NCBI GenBank assembly: GCA_015680685.1
Contig: MNCI01000425.1
Coordinates: 170,246-234,245, forward strand
DNA from: Gnetum montanum
Lineage: Eukaryota; Plantae; Gnetophyta
Direction of reading: 5' to 3'
DNA: 64,000 nucleotides
Below the pieces are notes generated by a model, which worked only from the letters and a program-made list of their open reading frames with translations, did no database searches and was not told the origin of the DNA. Position 1 is the first letter of the stretch, and each line of letters begins with the position of its first letter. The position numbers and the translations under genes were made by a program. This document shows, piece by piece, positions 63,801-64,000 of this stretch.

Positions 63801-64000
63801 CTTGGAGCTACAACCTCTAATAAAACATAAAATTTTCAACATTTTTTATAAGCTAAGATTTAACCCTGAATAAAGGATAGAGCCGTTACATTTCACCAAT
63901 GATTTTTACCGGCCTGTAATCCCCCGGTTGGATTTTCATAACAAGCCGGTTTGACTCGCTTTAAACCTTTCTAATTTTTTCTTATTTTTAGCAAAAAAAA

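Noticed and set aside
63800-64000. CpG-containing terminal 200 bp as a new element
   Set aside because: It reads like a noisy continuation of the protease region with homopolymer-type errors, probably low-quality contig-end sequence.

Overview
AT-rich, strongly CpG/CHG-depleted plant-type DNA, a nested retroelement graveyard in which I find no host gene. From left to right: (1) a decayed Athila-like Ty3/gypsy element on the minus strand (<1-8178); (2) a CRM-like gag fragment; (3) an L1-type LINE (-) interrupted by a CRM-family solo LTR; (4) a 20.8-kb Tat-clade element (15962-36808, +) with both LTRs, a TSD and an extra archaeal-type RNase H; (5) a decayed RTE-like LINE; (6) a second Athila-like element (41812->63800, -), which holds a CRM-like chromovirus (46831-59297), which in turn holds a gag-only non-autonomous Athila derivative (49892-55857). 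The most notable structure is inside the Tat element. Protease and RT are separated by about 7.5 kb that reads as an in-frame GT-AG intron, as in Ogre elements. That intron carries a multi-exon antisense gene of roughly 1000 codons with five or six short spliceosomal introns, bracketed by tandem repeats related to those after the integrase. All ORFs are pseudogenised, mostly by C-to-T decay. Domain boundaries are approximate because they were read by eye; LTR, TSD and splice coordinates were counted from the sequence.
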